Source: a bacterium
GTDB lineage: Bacteria > UBA8248
Assembly (NCBI GenBank): GCA_963692865.2
Contig: OY843592.1
Coordinates: forward strand, 2,560,001 to 2,624,000
Direction: 5' to 3'
DNA: 64,000 bases
Under the pieces are notes generated by a model that was given only the letters and a program-made list of their open reading frames with translations, did not search any database and was not told the DNA's origin. The position numbers and the translations under genes are program-made. Shown one piece after another: positions 12,997 through 21,838 of the stretch. Numbering within the stretch: position 1 is the stretch's first letter; each line of letters begins with the position of its first letter.

Positions 12997-14484
12997 TCAC
13001 CCATACAACAAATTGAAGAGTTTATCGTCTTCATTCTCCGGCAACGCTTTAAGGGTAACCCCCTTCTTCTCATGCCCATCAAGTACGAATTCCGCCGAAA
13101 CCCGGTGACCTATAATCCAAGCCACCTTGTTTCCCACCGCCAGGAGGGGCGTCTGGTTCCTCAAGGATTTCGGTATTTTCCGCTCTATAAGGTAGTCCTT
13201 GAGCTTCTTCGCCTTTTTTCGGCCCAAAGGGTGGAATTGATCTCCATCGCGCCGGGTTCGTATACAGGCATCCAACCCCAGTTTTTCCGCATCGAGGCGC
13301 GCCTCCCATGCTCCTTCCGGTCGATGCGCAAGATCGCATGAGGCCTCTACTTCCAGACCCAATGAATGATGAACCGTTTTTCCTGGAATCACCAGTTTTT
13401 TCTCCTCGAGCGATTTCGAATCAAAATGTCGACACCCGAAGATAAGGCGATCATATTCCCTCCTCGCTTCCAAGTCGCCCGACAAACTCAGCACACCCGA
13501 GGGATTATCCCCCATCGCCAGACCATCCAAATCTTCAATCCATTTTCGCAAAGGGCGTCTGCGGGCACGGGCGGGCGAATCGTCCATGAACATATCCAGC
13601 GCCGCGCGCCAAACCCCGGCCCTAAGCGATTGAGTGAGCTCTTTCACCTCACGTAAAGGAAAAACAATGAGCTCTCCATCGTCTTCATGGATGAACTTCG
13701 CACTCAAATCCCCGGACATTTCATCCATGAGGGAGATGAGCGGAGCCGATATCTCTGCGCTCTTGGCTATTCCACTGATGGCCGCATCCCCAATATGCGC
13801 CTGAATTACCGGTATGATGTTTTTGCGTATCTGGTTTCTAAGGCGACGCTCGTCTTCATTTGTCTCGTCTTCGACCCAGGAGATGCCCCGCGCCTCCAAA
13901 TACTCCAAAATCTCCGCACGCGACAAATCCAGCAAGGGCCGAATGATGTGGAGCCCATCTTCTCCTTTCGACGAAAGCAGGGTCCGCCACTTCATGCCTG
14001 CAATCCCCCTAACGCCTGCCCCTTCAAATAAACGCATGAGCACCGTTTCGGCTTGATCATCCCGGTTGTGGGCCAACGCGATGGTGTCGGCGCCCAACTC
14101 CTTCGCGGCAGCCAGGAAAGCCGAGCGCCTTGATTCGCGGGCAGCTCCTTCGAGGCCCCATTGCGCCATTCGAGACACATGAACGTGCTCGCAACGAAAA
14201 TCGATGCCGTAGCGACGACACATCTCCTCGGAATGCTCGGCGTCTTTTTTCGAAAGATCGCCACGCAACCCATGTTCGACGTGAACAGCGCACAGGGGCT
14301 GTGATTCCGGCAGGAGCGATTTCAAGGAAAGCAGGAGAGCGGTGGAATCCGCACCACCCGAAAAACCGACGAGCAAGGGGGCCGTCCCACCTTCGTAAAG
14401 CGATTTTTTGAGGCCTCTTCTCACCTTGGTTTCAAATGTTTTTTTTATCTTCCAAGGAGTTGTTCGCGAGGTGTCCGATCTCAT
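12997..14484 (-). CDS. tilS: tRNA(Ile)-lysidine synthetase
   Basis: SGGADS PP-loop, HGLRG, AHNRDDQAET, IIRPLL, KKLKD; start at MRSD with GGAGG SD. Confidence 0.95.
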   Translation of the reverse strand: MRSDTSRTTPWKIKKTFETKVRRGLKKSLYEGGTAPLLVGFSGGADSTALLLSLKSLLPESQPLCAVHVEHGLRGDLSKKDAEHSEEMCRRYGIDFRCEHVHVSRMAQWGLEGAARESRRSAFLAAAKELGADTIALAHNRDDQAETVLMRLFEGAGVRGIAGMKWRTLLSSKGEDGLHIIRPLLDLSRAEILEYLEARGISWVEDETNEDERRLRNQIRKNIIPVIQAHIGDAAISGIAKSAEISAPLISLMDEMSGDLSAKFIHEDDGELIVFPLREVKELTQSLRAGVWRAALDMFMDDSPARARRRPLRKWIEDLDGLAMGDNPSGVLSLSGDLEARREYDRLIFGCRHFDSKSLEEKKLVIPGKTVHHSLGLEVEASCDLAHRPEGAWEARLDAEKLGLDACIRTRRDGDQFHPLGRKKAKKLKDYLIERKIPKSLRNQTPLLAVGNKVAWIIGHRVSAEFVLDGHEKKGVTLKALPENEDDKLFNLLYG

Positions 14485-14514
14485 TGCTATATCCTCCCCT
14501 AGGTGGCGAGGAAG

Positions 14515-14591
14515 TGGTAGCGGCGGAGGGACTTGAACCCCCAACACTACGGATATGAGCCGTATGCTCTAACCGGTTGAGCTACGCCGCC
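14515..14591 (-). tRNA. tRNA with CAU anticodon, most likely elongator tRNA-Met
   Basis: GGCGGCGTAGCTCAACCGGTTAGAGCATACGGCTCATATCCGTAGTGTTGGGGGTTCAAGTCCCTCCGCCGCTACCA folds as a cloverleaf with encoded CCA. It lacks the initiator C1 mismatch and the GGG/CCC anticodon stem. Confidence 0.95.
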
Positions 14592-14756
14592 AGGATACAC
14601 CCCGTCAGGGAGACTGCTTGGGTCGGAATATGGCGAAAAAAAACATGGCCGAAAGAATATAGAAAAAAACCTGCATGCCGATGTCTTCCATGCGGAAGCC
14701 TACCATCAGGCATAAATATCCCAAAAAGAGCAAAACAAGAATCTCGATTTCACGCC

Positions 14757-14948
14757 TCATTTATTATTTTCTCCCCGTTCCAAGCCTTCGGAAGAAGGTG
14801 GCATCCCCTTCGGTTCCGCTCGCTGTAGTCTTAAATCCAGAGAAAATTCCGGACAAAAAATCGCTCCGTTCGGCTCATTACGATACTTCAGGCGGCAACC
14901 TTCTCGCCAAGCGCAAACAGCACACTCGCGAACCCCTCGGTAAGCCAC
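14757..14948 (-). CDS. Small Cys4 hypothetical protein (63 aa)
   Basis: GTG start with GGAAGGAG SD; C-x2-C-AWR-x2-C...C-PEF motif; candidate promoter upstream. Confidence 0.7.
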   Translation of the reverse strand: MAYRGVRECAVCAWREGCRLKYRNEPNGAIFCPEFSLDLRLQRAEPKGMPPSSEGLERGENNK

Positions 14949-14992
14949 GCTTTAATATCTCCTTCCGCAATATCGTTTCACTACAAAAGCAG

Positions 14993-15022
14993 AATATAAA
15001 TGCCCAGGCCCAAAAACGTCAA
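14993..15022 (-). promoter_or_regulatory. Putative sigma-70 promoter for the Cys4 ORF / tRNA / tilS
   Basis: TTGACG-N18-TATATT on the minus strand. Confidence 0.5.
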
Positions 15023-15126
15023 GTTTTCTATTTTCGGTTTCTCTGCATGATATTTCAGCGTCATGAGAGGACTTCGCAACAGGAATTCATTGGCCATTTC
15101 AAAAGAGAATTCGAGAGCCTCGGGAA

Positions 15127-16839
15127 TCATCCGACGGATTTCATCTCTCCGTAAATCAGATTTTTCAAAAAAGATACCGCCTCGTTCATCGCTATCAGTT
15201 GGATTTCCCCCGTTCTTCTCGATTTTATCTCGATTTTCCCTTCCTTGAGACCCTTGGGGCCGATGACCACTTTGTAGGGGAACCCCATGAGATCGGCGTC
15301 CTTGAATTTCACGCCCGGCCGTTCATCTCTGTCGTCAATCGCGACATCCAGCCCTGCGGACTCGATCGAGTTATATATGCCATCACAAATCTTCATGGTT
15401 TCATTATCCATCCTCACCGGAATGACGCCCACATGATACGGAGCGATGGGAGTCGGCCAGATAATGCCGTCCTCATCATGGTTCTGCTCTATGGCTGCCG
15501 CCACTGTGCGACCCACGCCAATGCCATAACAACCCATGACGATGGTGTGCGTCTCGCCACTCTCATCCTGATAGGTAGCGTCCAGGGATTCGGAATACTT
15601 GCAGCCCAGCTTGAATACGTGCCCCACTTCGATGCCGCGCCTGACGCCGAGCTCCGCATCGCATTTGGGACAGGCGTCTCCCTCCTCGGCGACGGTGAGG
15701 TCTGCAAATTTGCTTGCGGCAAAGTCACGGCCCTCGCGCGCGCCTGCGTAGTGATAGTCCGTTTGGTTCGCCCCGACGACGAGGCCGCCGCTATTTTCAA
15801 TGGCGTAATCGGCCAGGAGCCGAACACCCGACAAGCCTACCGGACCTGCGAAGCCGACTCTGGAGTTCGTGAGCTTCTCTACCGTCTCGACGTCGGCAAG
15901 TTCGACGTCCACTGCATCGAGCGCATTTTTCAGTTTGATTTCATTCAATTCCCTGTGGCCCGGAACCAGAGCGGCCACCGGCGCGCCGTCCGCGATATAC
16001 AAAAGGGTTTTCACCATGCGATATGGAGGCAAGGAAAGGAATTGCGCGACCTCTTCTATCGTATGAGCGCCGGGGGTATGTACTTTTTCGAGTTCGCCTT
16101 CCTCATTCTCGGGCAACTTCAACCGGACCGGCGATTTTTCCACATTCGCCGCGTATCCACACGAATCGCAAACGGTGATTGCCTCCTCGCCCGTATCGGC
16201 CATGACCATGAACTCGTGCGAAAAACTCCCCCCGATGGCCCCGGAATCCGCCTCCACGGCGCTGAACTTCAGCCCACAGCGCTGAAATATCCGCGTGTAG
16301 GCTTGCACCATCTCATCATAACTCCGCTCTGCACCCGCCTCGTCCCGATCAAAGCTGTAGCCGTCTTTCATTGTAAACTCCCGCCCGCGCATCACGCCGA
16401 AACGGGGCCTGATCTCGTCTCTGAATTTCGTTTGAATCTGATAGAGATTGAGCGGCAGGTCTCGATAACTCCTTACCTCGCGCGCGACCAGATCGGTAAT
16501 TACCTCCTCGTGCGTGGGGCCCAGGCAAAAATCGCGCTCATGGCGATCTTTCAGGCGAATCAATTCTTTACCATATACGTCCCAGCGTCCCGTTTTCCGC
16601 CAAAGCTCGGCGGGATTCAGCGCAGGCAGAAAAACCTCTTGTGCGCCTGCGCGATTCAACTCTTCACGCAATATCTGCTCGACTTTGCGCTGCACGCGCA
16701 CGCCGAGGGGCAAGAGCGTATACACGCCCGCCGCCAAACGGCGAATCATGCCCGAGCGCACCATAAGCCTATGGCTGACGACTTCCGCCTCGGCGGGCGC
16801 TTCTTTTAATGTGGGGAAAAACCCTCGCGTAAATCGCAT
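15127..16839 (-). CDS. proS: Proline--tRNA ligase (with editing insertion)
   Basis: LGPTHEE, KFRDEIRPRFG, GIEVGHVF, MGCYGIG. Confidence 0.98.
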   Translation of the reverse strand: MRFTRGFFPTLKEAPAEAEVVSHRLMVRSGMIRRLAAGVYTLLPLGVRVQRKVEQILREELNRAGAQEVFLPALNPAELWRKTGRWDVYGKELIRLKDRHERDFCLGPTHEEVITDLVAREVRSYRDLPLNLYQIQTKFRDEIRPRFGVMRGREFTMKDGYSFDRDEAGAERSYDEMVQAYTRIFQRCGLKFSAVEADSGAIGGSFSHEFMVMADTGEEAITVCDSCGYAANVEKSPVRLKLPENEEGELEKVHTPGAHTIEEVAQFLSLPPYRMVKTLLYIADGAPVAALVPGHRELNEIKLKNALDAVDVELADVETVEKLTNSRVGFAGPVGLSGVRLLADYAIENSGGLVVGANQTDYHYAGAREGRDFAASKFADLTVAEEGDACPKCDAELGVRRGIEVGHVFKLGCKYSESLDATYQDESGETHTIVMGCYGIGVGRTVAAAIEQNHDEDGIIWPTPIAPYHVGVIPVRMDNETMKICDGIYNSIESAGLDVAIDDRDERPGVKFKDADLMGFPYKVVIGPKGLKEGKIEIKSRRTGEIQLIAMNEAVSFLKNLIYGEMKSVG

Positions 16840-16853
16840 GAATCAGAATTTTC

Positions 16854-18098
16854 TCAGGAGTGCGATGTCTCGAATTGACCTTTTTCGTATTGCGTTGCGA
16901 GTTCCTCTACGCGCTCAACAAGATTTTTCTTGATGTCTTCATAAGAGACCAAACCTGATTTTTCTCCTTTCATAAAAATCAAAGCGCGCTTATGGCCTCC
17001 GGCCACGCCGATGTCGGCGTCTCTCGCCTCGCCCGGACCGTTCACTTCACACCCCATGACGGCCACTGTGATGGGCGCATTGATATGGGCGAGTTCCTGT
17101 TCTACCTCCATGGTGAGCTTGTCCACGTCAATCTGGACGCGCCCGCACGATGGACACGCGACGACATTAACGCCTTTTTGGCGCAACTTCAGGCTTTTTA
17201 GAATTTCATAGCCCACGCGCACCTCCTCTACCGGGTCCGCCGCCAAAGAAACGCGGATGGTGTCCCCAATGCCTTCCGAGAGCAGAATGCCCAGGCCGAC
17301 AGCGCTTTTTATGCTGCCCGTCTGGAGGCTTCCACTCTCCGTGATGCCCAGATGAAGAGGATATTCGACGCGTTTCGCCATCAAGCGATAGGCTTTCACC
17401 GCCCTCGCGACATCGGAGGCTTTCAGAGAGATTTTCGTGGCAAAAAAGTTCCGCTTCTCCAGCATGGCGACATGGCGCAATCCGCTCTCCACCATCGCCT
17501 CGGGCGTTGCGCCGCCGAAACGATCGAGCAGATGCTTTTCCAAAGAGCCGGCGTTCACCCCTACGCGGATGGGCAAACCATGATCCTTCGCCGCAGCGAC
17601 GACCTCGCTTACCCTTTCCTCCCCATTGATGTTGCCTGGGTTGATACGCAAGCAATCAATCCCCGCATCCGCCGCCATCAAGGCATAGCGATAATCGAAA
17701 TGGATATCCGCGACCAAGGGCATCTCAGTGCGTTTTCTGATTTCATAAAGCGCGTTGGCCGACCTCTCGTCAGGAACGGCCAGACGCACAATTTCACACC
17801 CAGCGGCTTCCAGGCGCTCGATTTGGGCTACGGTCGCCTCCACATCGTGCGTGTAAGTGTTGCACATCGATTGCACGACGATGGGAGCGCCGCCACCGAT
17901 TTTGACGCCGCGCACTTCGACTTGGGAACTTTTTCGCCGATTCAGCGGGAACAAAGACGGATCCGCGCAAGGCAACGATTCGCCAGCTTCATCCACTCCA
18001 AGCATTGGCAGATCAGTGCTGCCCTGCTCTTTGGGGGGAAGCCCGACTCCCGGTATAGGCTTCGTGTAAAACACGTCGTCTGTAAACGGCTCAAACAC
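16854..18098 (-). CDS. ispG: (E)-4-hydroxy-3-methylbut-2-enyl diphosphate synthase
   Basis: VQSM, ADIHF, RINPGN, CPSCGR, MGCEVNGPGE. Confidence 0.97.
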   Translation of the reverse strand: MFEPFTDDVFYTKPIPGVGLPPKEQGSTDLPMLGVDEAGESLPCADPSLFPLNRRKSSQVEVRGVKIGGGAPIVVQSMCNTYTHDVEATVAQIERLEAAGCEIVRLAVPDERSANALYEIRKRTEMPLVADIHFDYRYALMAADAGIDCLRINPGNINGEERVSEVVAAAKDHGLPIRVGVNAGSLEKHLLDRFGGATPEAMVESGLRHVAMLEKRNFFATKISLKASDVARAVKAYRLMAKRVEYPLHLGITESGSLQTGSIKSAVGLGILLSEGIGDTIRVSLAADPVEEVRVGYEILKSLKLRQKGVNVVACPSCGRVQIDVDKLTMEVEQELAHINAPITVAVMGCEVNGPGEARDADIGVAGGHKRALIFMKGEKSGLVSYEDIKKNLVERVEELATQYEKGQFETSHS

Positions 18099-18109
18099 TA
18101 CGAAAGCTC

Positions 18110-19306
18110 CTATTCGCCTTTCTGGCTCTCAGGAGATAGTTTTATCGCGTTTTTATTTTCCCTCTCTTGCTTTTCTTTTTTCGTTATCGCGGCCGGTTCA
18201 CTCCTAAAAAGATAATATACGCTGTCTTTGTAAGTGGCAAAGATCATCAAACCGATGAGCAGAACGGTGCCCACCTGCATGGCCAGCTCCCGGACTCTCA
18301 GACTGATAGGTTTGCCACGCAAGCCTTCAATGAGCAAGAAAAAAATATGTCCGCCATCGAGAACCGGAATCGGCAGCAAGTTCAAAATCGCCAGGTTGAC
18401 GCTAAGTAAAATCGTGAACATGACGAGGTAGCGGAATCCGCGCTGCGCCTGTTCCGCGGCCACCACGGAAATACGGATCGGACCACCGATGTCCGCAGGA
18501 ATAGTCTTCGTGAGCATCGAATACAGCGTAACGACCGTTAAGCTGGCAATGCGGTAGTTTTGATCGAACCCCTTCCCCAAAGACTCAAAGAAGCCAAAAC
18601 GCTCGGTGTAGGTGCCTTGGCCGATCCTGATGCCGATTCGGCCATAACCCAACTCTTTGCCCGTCGCGCTCTTTGATGTTGGAACGATGGATGTTTCAAA
18701 AGACTTGCGGCCGCGCTCCACCGCCAGCACAAGTTTTTGCCCGGCGCTTTTTTGCACGATTGCGACAAGCTCGGACCATTTTTGAATCCGCTTCCCATCA
18801 ATGGCCACGATATGATCGCCGGTCTGGAGGTTCGCCTTTTGCGCAGGCGTATCGGGCAAAACACCGCCGACCCACGTTCCGGGGACGGGGATACCTCCAA
18901 GATGCAGTCCCCAACTGAGGAGTATTGCCAAGGCGACATTAAACAAGGGTCCAGCCGAAATGACAGCCAATCGGTGGCTCACCGGCCGCAAATAGAATGA
19001 TTTCTCCGGCTCATCCGGTTCTTTGGGAACATCAGGATCATCAGGTCGTGCTTCCGGGTCTTCTCCCAGGAGCTTTACATAACCGCCCAAGGGGATCAGA
19101 GACACGCGATATTCGGTCTCTCCCCGCTGAAAACCCCAGATGCGGCGACCGAAGCCCAAAGAAAACGTGGAAACGCCGATTTTGAGCCATTTCGCAACGA
19201 GATGGTGGCCCAACTCGTGGATGAAAATGAGCAGCCCCAGAACCAGCACGGCCCAGAAAATCGTCTGCCCGAAACCCATCACCCAGTTGATGATTTGCAT
19301 CGCCAT
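18110..19306 (-). CDS. rseP: RIP metalloprotease RseP
   Basis: HELGH, PLGGYVK, AGP, PDZ domain, NLLPIPVLDGG. Confidence 0.96.
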   Translation of the reverse strand: MAMQIINWVMGFGQTIFWAVLVLGLLIFIHELGHHLVAKWLKIGVSTFSLGFGRRIWGFQRGETEYRVSLIPLGGYVKLLGEDPEARPDDPDVPKEPDEPEKSFYLRPVSHRLAVISAGPLFNVALAILLSWGLHLGGIPVPGTWVGGVLPDTPAQKANLQTGDHIVAIDGKRIQKWSELVAIVQKSAGQKLVLAVERGRKSFETSIVPTSKSATGKELGYGRIGIRIGQGTYTERFGFFESLGKGFDQNYRIASLTVVTLYSMLTKTIPADIGGPIRISVVAAEQAQRGFRYLVMFTILLSVNLAILNLLPIPVLDGGHIFFLLIEGLRGKPISLRVRELAMQVGTVLLIGLMIFATYKDSVYYLFRSEPAAITKKEKQERENKNAIKLSPESQKGE

Positions 19307-19324
19307 TCTCTAATGAATCCTTAT

Positions 19325-20053
19325 TTATTTCCGGCCGCTGGGGGCCGGCATTTGCAGAACTTCGACATTCGGCGGCACGACGAACTGAAATTTCTCTTCC
19401 GTGATTCTGACGTTTTCTTTGACATTTGAAAACCGCAAACGGCTCTTGTTGCCGATAAGATCGATATACGCCAAAGTGAGGATCATGAAATTTTCAGGCT
19501 CCACCTCTACCCACATTCGCCGAAACGAAGCGACCTCGGACTTCGGCTCCAAGCGAATGCGATGGGGTTGACCGGCCTTCCAGATTCCTCCACTTCGTCT
19601 GGCAATTCCAATCTCTTCCACGGTTACATGAAAATTCTTCCTCAAATTCCCCTTGCCTTCCAAAAACAACAAAGGGGTAGTCCCAAATCCAGCACTCCCG
19701 GTTTTGGAAACCATCACCTGTCTGAAGCGAGCCGTGTAGAGCCAAAACATGTGACCATCAGAGACCAGAACCTGCTTTTCAGGTTTGGCATACTCCATGC
19801 GCAATTTGCCGGGCTTTTTCCACAAGAGACTCCCGCTCGACGTCGTCGTCCGACCCAAGGACCTTAATTCATTTTTTTGCTCGAAAGAAGCTTGCAAAGA
19901 TAAAAGGGTCTCATATTTCTCCTGAAGCGCCGTGATTATCTTCTCGACTTCTGGATTCGATTCTTCCGCTAGAGACACGCCGTGAACGAAAACTTGTACA
20001 AATGCAGAAAACAAAAAAACCAATACCGAAATCCAGAAACTCAATTTGCGCAA
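19325..20053 (-). CDS. lolA: Outer membrane lipoprotein carrier LolA
   Basis: Signal-like segment, ASFEQ, KKPGKLRMEY, VSDG, FQFVVP; start uncertain (TTG 20053 chosen). Confidence 0.88.
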   Translation of the reverse strand: MRKLSFWISVLVFLFSAFVQVFVHGVSLAEESNPEVEKIITALQEKYETLLSLQASFEQKNELRSLGRTTTSSGSLLWKKPGKLRMEYAKPEKQVLVSDGHMFWLYTARFRQVMVSKTGSAGFGTTPLLFLEGKGNLRKNFHVTVEEIGIARRSGGIWKAGQPHRIRLEPKSEVASFRRMWVEVEPENFMILTLAYIDLIGNKSRLRFSNVKENVRITEEKFQFVVPPNVEVLQMPAPSGRK

Positions 20054-20078
20054 AATTCTCTTAATCCTATGTGAATGA

Positions 20079-20732
20079 CTATTCGAAGACCGGCGAAATG
20101 AAGCCCCTGCTTTCCATAAGAGCATCACCTGAGTATTTCACGACGCCACCAATGCAGTGAACGCTCCCCTCGGCGATGAGCCGCACCGCCAGCGGATATA
20201 TAAGGTGCTCATAAACGAGAATTCTCTTTGAGAGGGTTTCTTCATCATCACCTGGCAACACCGGCACGGCAGCTTGTAAAATAATAGGCCCCGTATCCAC
20301 TCCCTCGTCTACAAAGTGAACCGTGCAGCCTGTGACTCTCACGCCACCATCCAAGGCTTTTTTCTGCGCGTGAAGACCAGGAAAACTCGGCAGAAGCGAG
20401 GGATGAATGTTGATGATTCTTCCTGAAAAACGGCTCACAAACTCCGGAGGCAAAATGCGCATAAAACCAGCGCAACAGACGAGTTCGATTCCACAGCTTT
20501 CAAGCTCGTCGCCCATCTTCAGGTAAAAACCATCCTCTTCGGATGCCAGGTATCTGTGTCGTATTCCAGCCATTGAGGCGCGTTCGAGTGCATACGCCTT
20601 TTTTTTATCGCTCAACACCAACACAACTTCCGCCGGAAAATCCGCGTTCTCCCCGGCATCAATGAGGGCTTGCAGATTCGATCCACGCCCCGATGCCAAA
20701 ACGCCCACACGTAATCGTGCTCTTGGATACAC
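20079..20732 (-). CDS. purN: Phosphoribosylglycinamide formyltransferase
   Basis: SGRGSN, AGFMRIL, NIHPSLLP, GCTVH, DTGPII. Confidence 0.97.
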   Translation of the reverse strand: MYPRARLRVGVLASGRGSNLQALIDAGENADFPAEVVLVLSDKKKAYALERASMAGIRHRYLASEEDGFYLKMGDELESCGIELVCCAGFMRILPPEFVSRFSGRIINIHPSLLPSFPGLHAQKKALDGGVRVTGCTVHFVDEGVDTGPIILQAAVPVLPGDDEETLSKRILVYEHLIYPLAVRLIAEGSVHCIGGVVKYSGDALMESRGFISPVFE

Positions 20733-21787
20733 TAGAATATGCCCTCAATGGCGACGGAGCGGCCAGCCTTTGGTTTTTTGACGACTTCGCCGACAACCAT
20801 GGCTTGTTCGCCTGCGTTTTTCAAACATTCGAGCAAAGGTTCCGTTCGCTCCGCCCTCGCGAGGAAGACAAACCCCAAGCCCATATTAAAAGTACGATAC
20901 ATCTCCGCGCTTTCAACCGGGCCGAGCTCTTGAATCAATGGGAATATCTCCGGCGTCTCCCATTTTTCAGGATAAAATTTGGCTTGCAGAGCCCCCGGAA
21001 TCACACGTCCCACGTTTCCCGGTATCCCGCCTCCCGTGATGTGCGCGAGACCGCTTACCCCCTCTTTTCCCCGAACGGAATTAGCCCCTGTGGCGTAAAT
21101 CCGAGTTGGCTCCAACAAAACATCTTCAACGGGAACACCGAGTCTTATCGACGCCATATCTCGTTTTTCCTTTGAATCAAATATCTTTCTCACCATGGAA
21201 AATCCGTTGCTATGAATTCCTGAAGAAGGTAGTGCGAGTATGATGTCTCCCGCTTTCACTGGGATTGCATTCTCCAATTCATTGCGTTCAACCACTCCCA
21301 CGACGAATCCAGCGAGATCATACACGCCCGGCTTATACATATCGGGCATCTCGGCCGTCTCGCCGCCAATCAGGGCGCACCCGGCTTCCCGGCAACCTCG
21401 AGCGATCCCGGACAGGACTGCCTTCAAGACGCTTTGGTCAATCTTTCCCGTCGCGATGTAGTCAAGGAAAAAAAGCGGCTCTGCTCCTGTGGTCAAGATG
21501 TCATTGACGCACATGGCCAGCAGGTCAATCCCGACTGAATCATGCCGCTCGAACTCCTGGGCCAAGAGCAATTTCGTGCCGACGCCGTCGGTACCTGAAA
21601 CGAGTACGGGGTCGTCATATCCTTCCCCCAGGCGAAACAGGCCTGCAAAATCCGCCGTCCCCTTCAGGATACGGCTACTTTGGTTATCGTGGGTAGACTT
21701 TACAGTTTGGGCGATAGACTGAACGAACCGCTCTCCCAAATCCACATCCACGCCTGTGTCACGGTATGTCAGACGATGATCTTTCAA
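20732..21787 (-). CDS. purM: AIR synthetase
   Basis: TDGVGTK, MCVND, GGETAEMP, HSNG, HITGGG, TFNMG. Confidence 0.97.
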   Translation of the reverse strand: MKDHRLTYRDTGVDVDLGERFVQSIAQTVKSTHDNQSSRILKGTADFAGLFRLGEGYDDPVLVSGTDGVGTKLLLAQEFERHDSVGIDLLAMCVNDILTTGAEPLFFLDYIATGKIDQSVLKAVLSGIARGCREAGCALIGGETAEMPDMYKPGVYDLAGFVVGVVERNELENAIPVKAGDIILALPSSGIHSNGFSMVRKIFDSKEKRDMASIRLGVPVEDVLLEPTRIYATGANSVRGKEGVSGLAHITGGGIPGNVGRVIPGALQAKFYPEKWETPEIFPLIQELGPVESAEMYRTFNMGLGFVFLARAERTEPLLECLKNAGEQAMVVGEVVKKPKAGRSVAIEGIF

Positions 21788-21838
21788 AAGTGGTGTTCCA
21801 TGATTTCGCAGGCGGAGTCGTTCAGAATGAACTCAAAA

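Noticed and set aside
14515-14760. tRNA as an island integration site
   Set aside because: I noticed no duplicated tRNA 3' end or nearby integrase, and the flanks are core genes.
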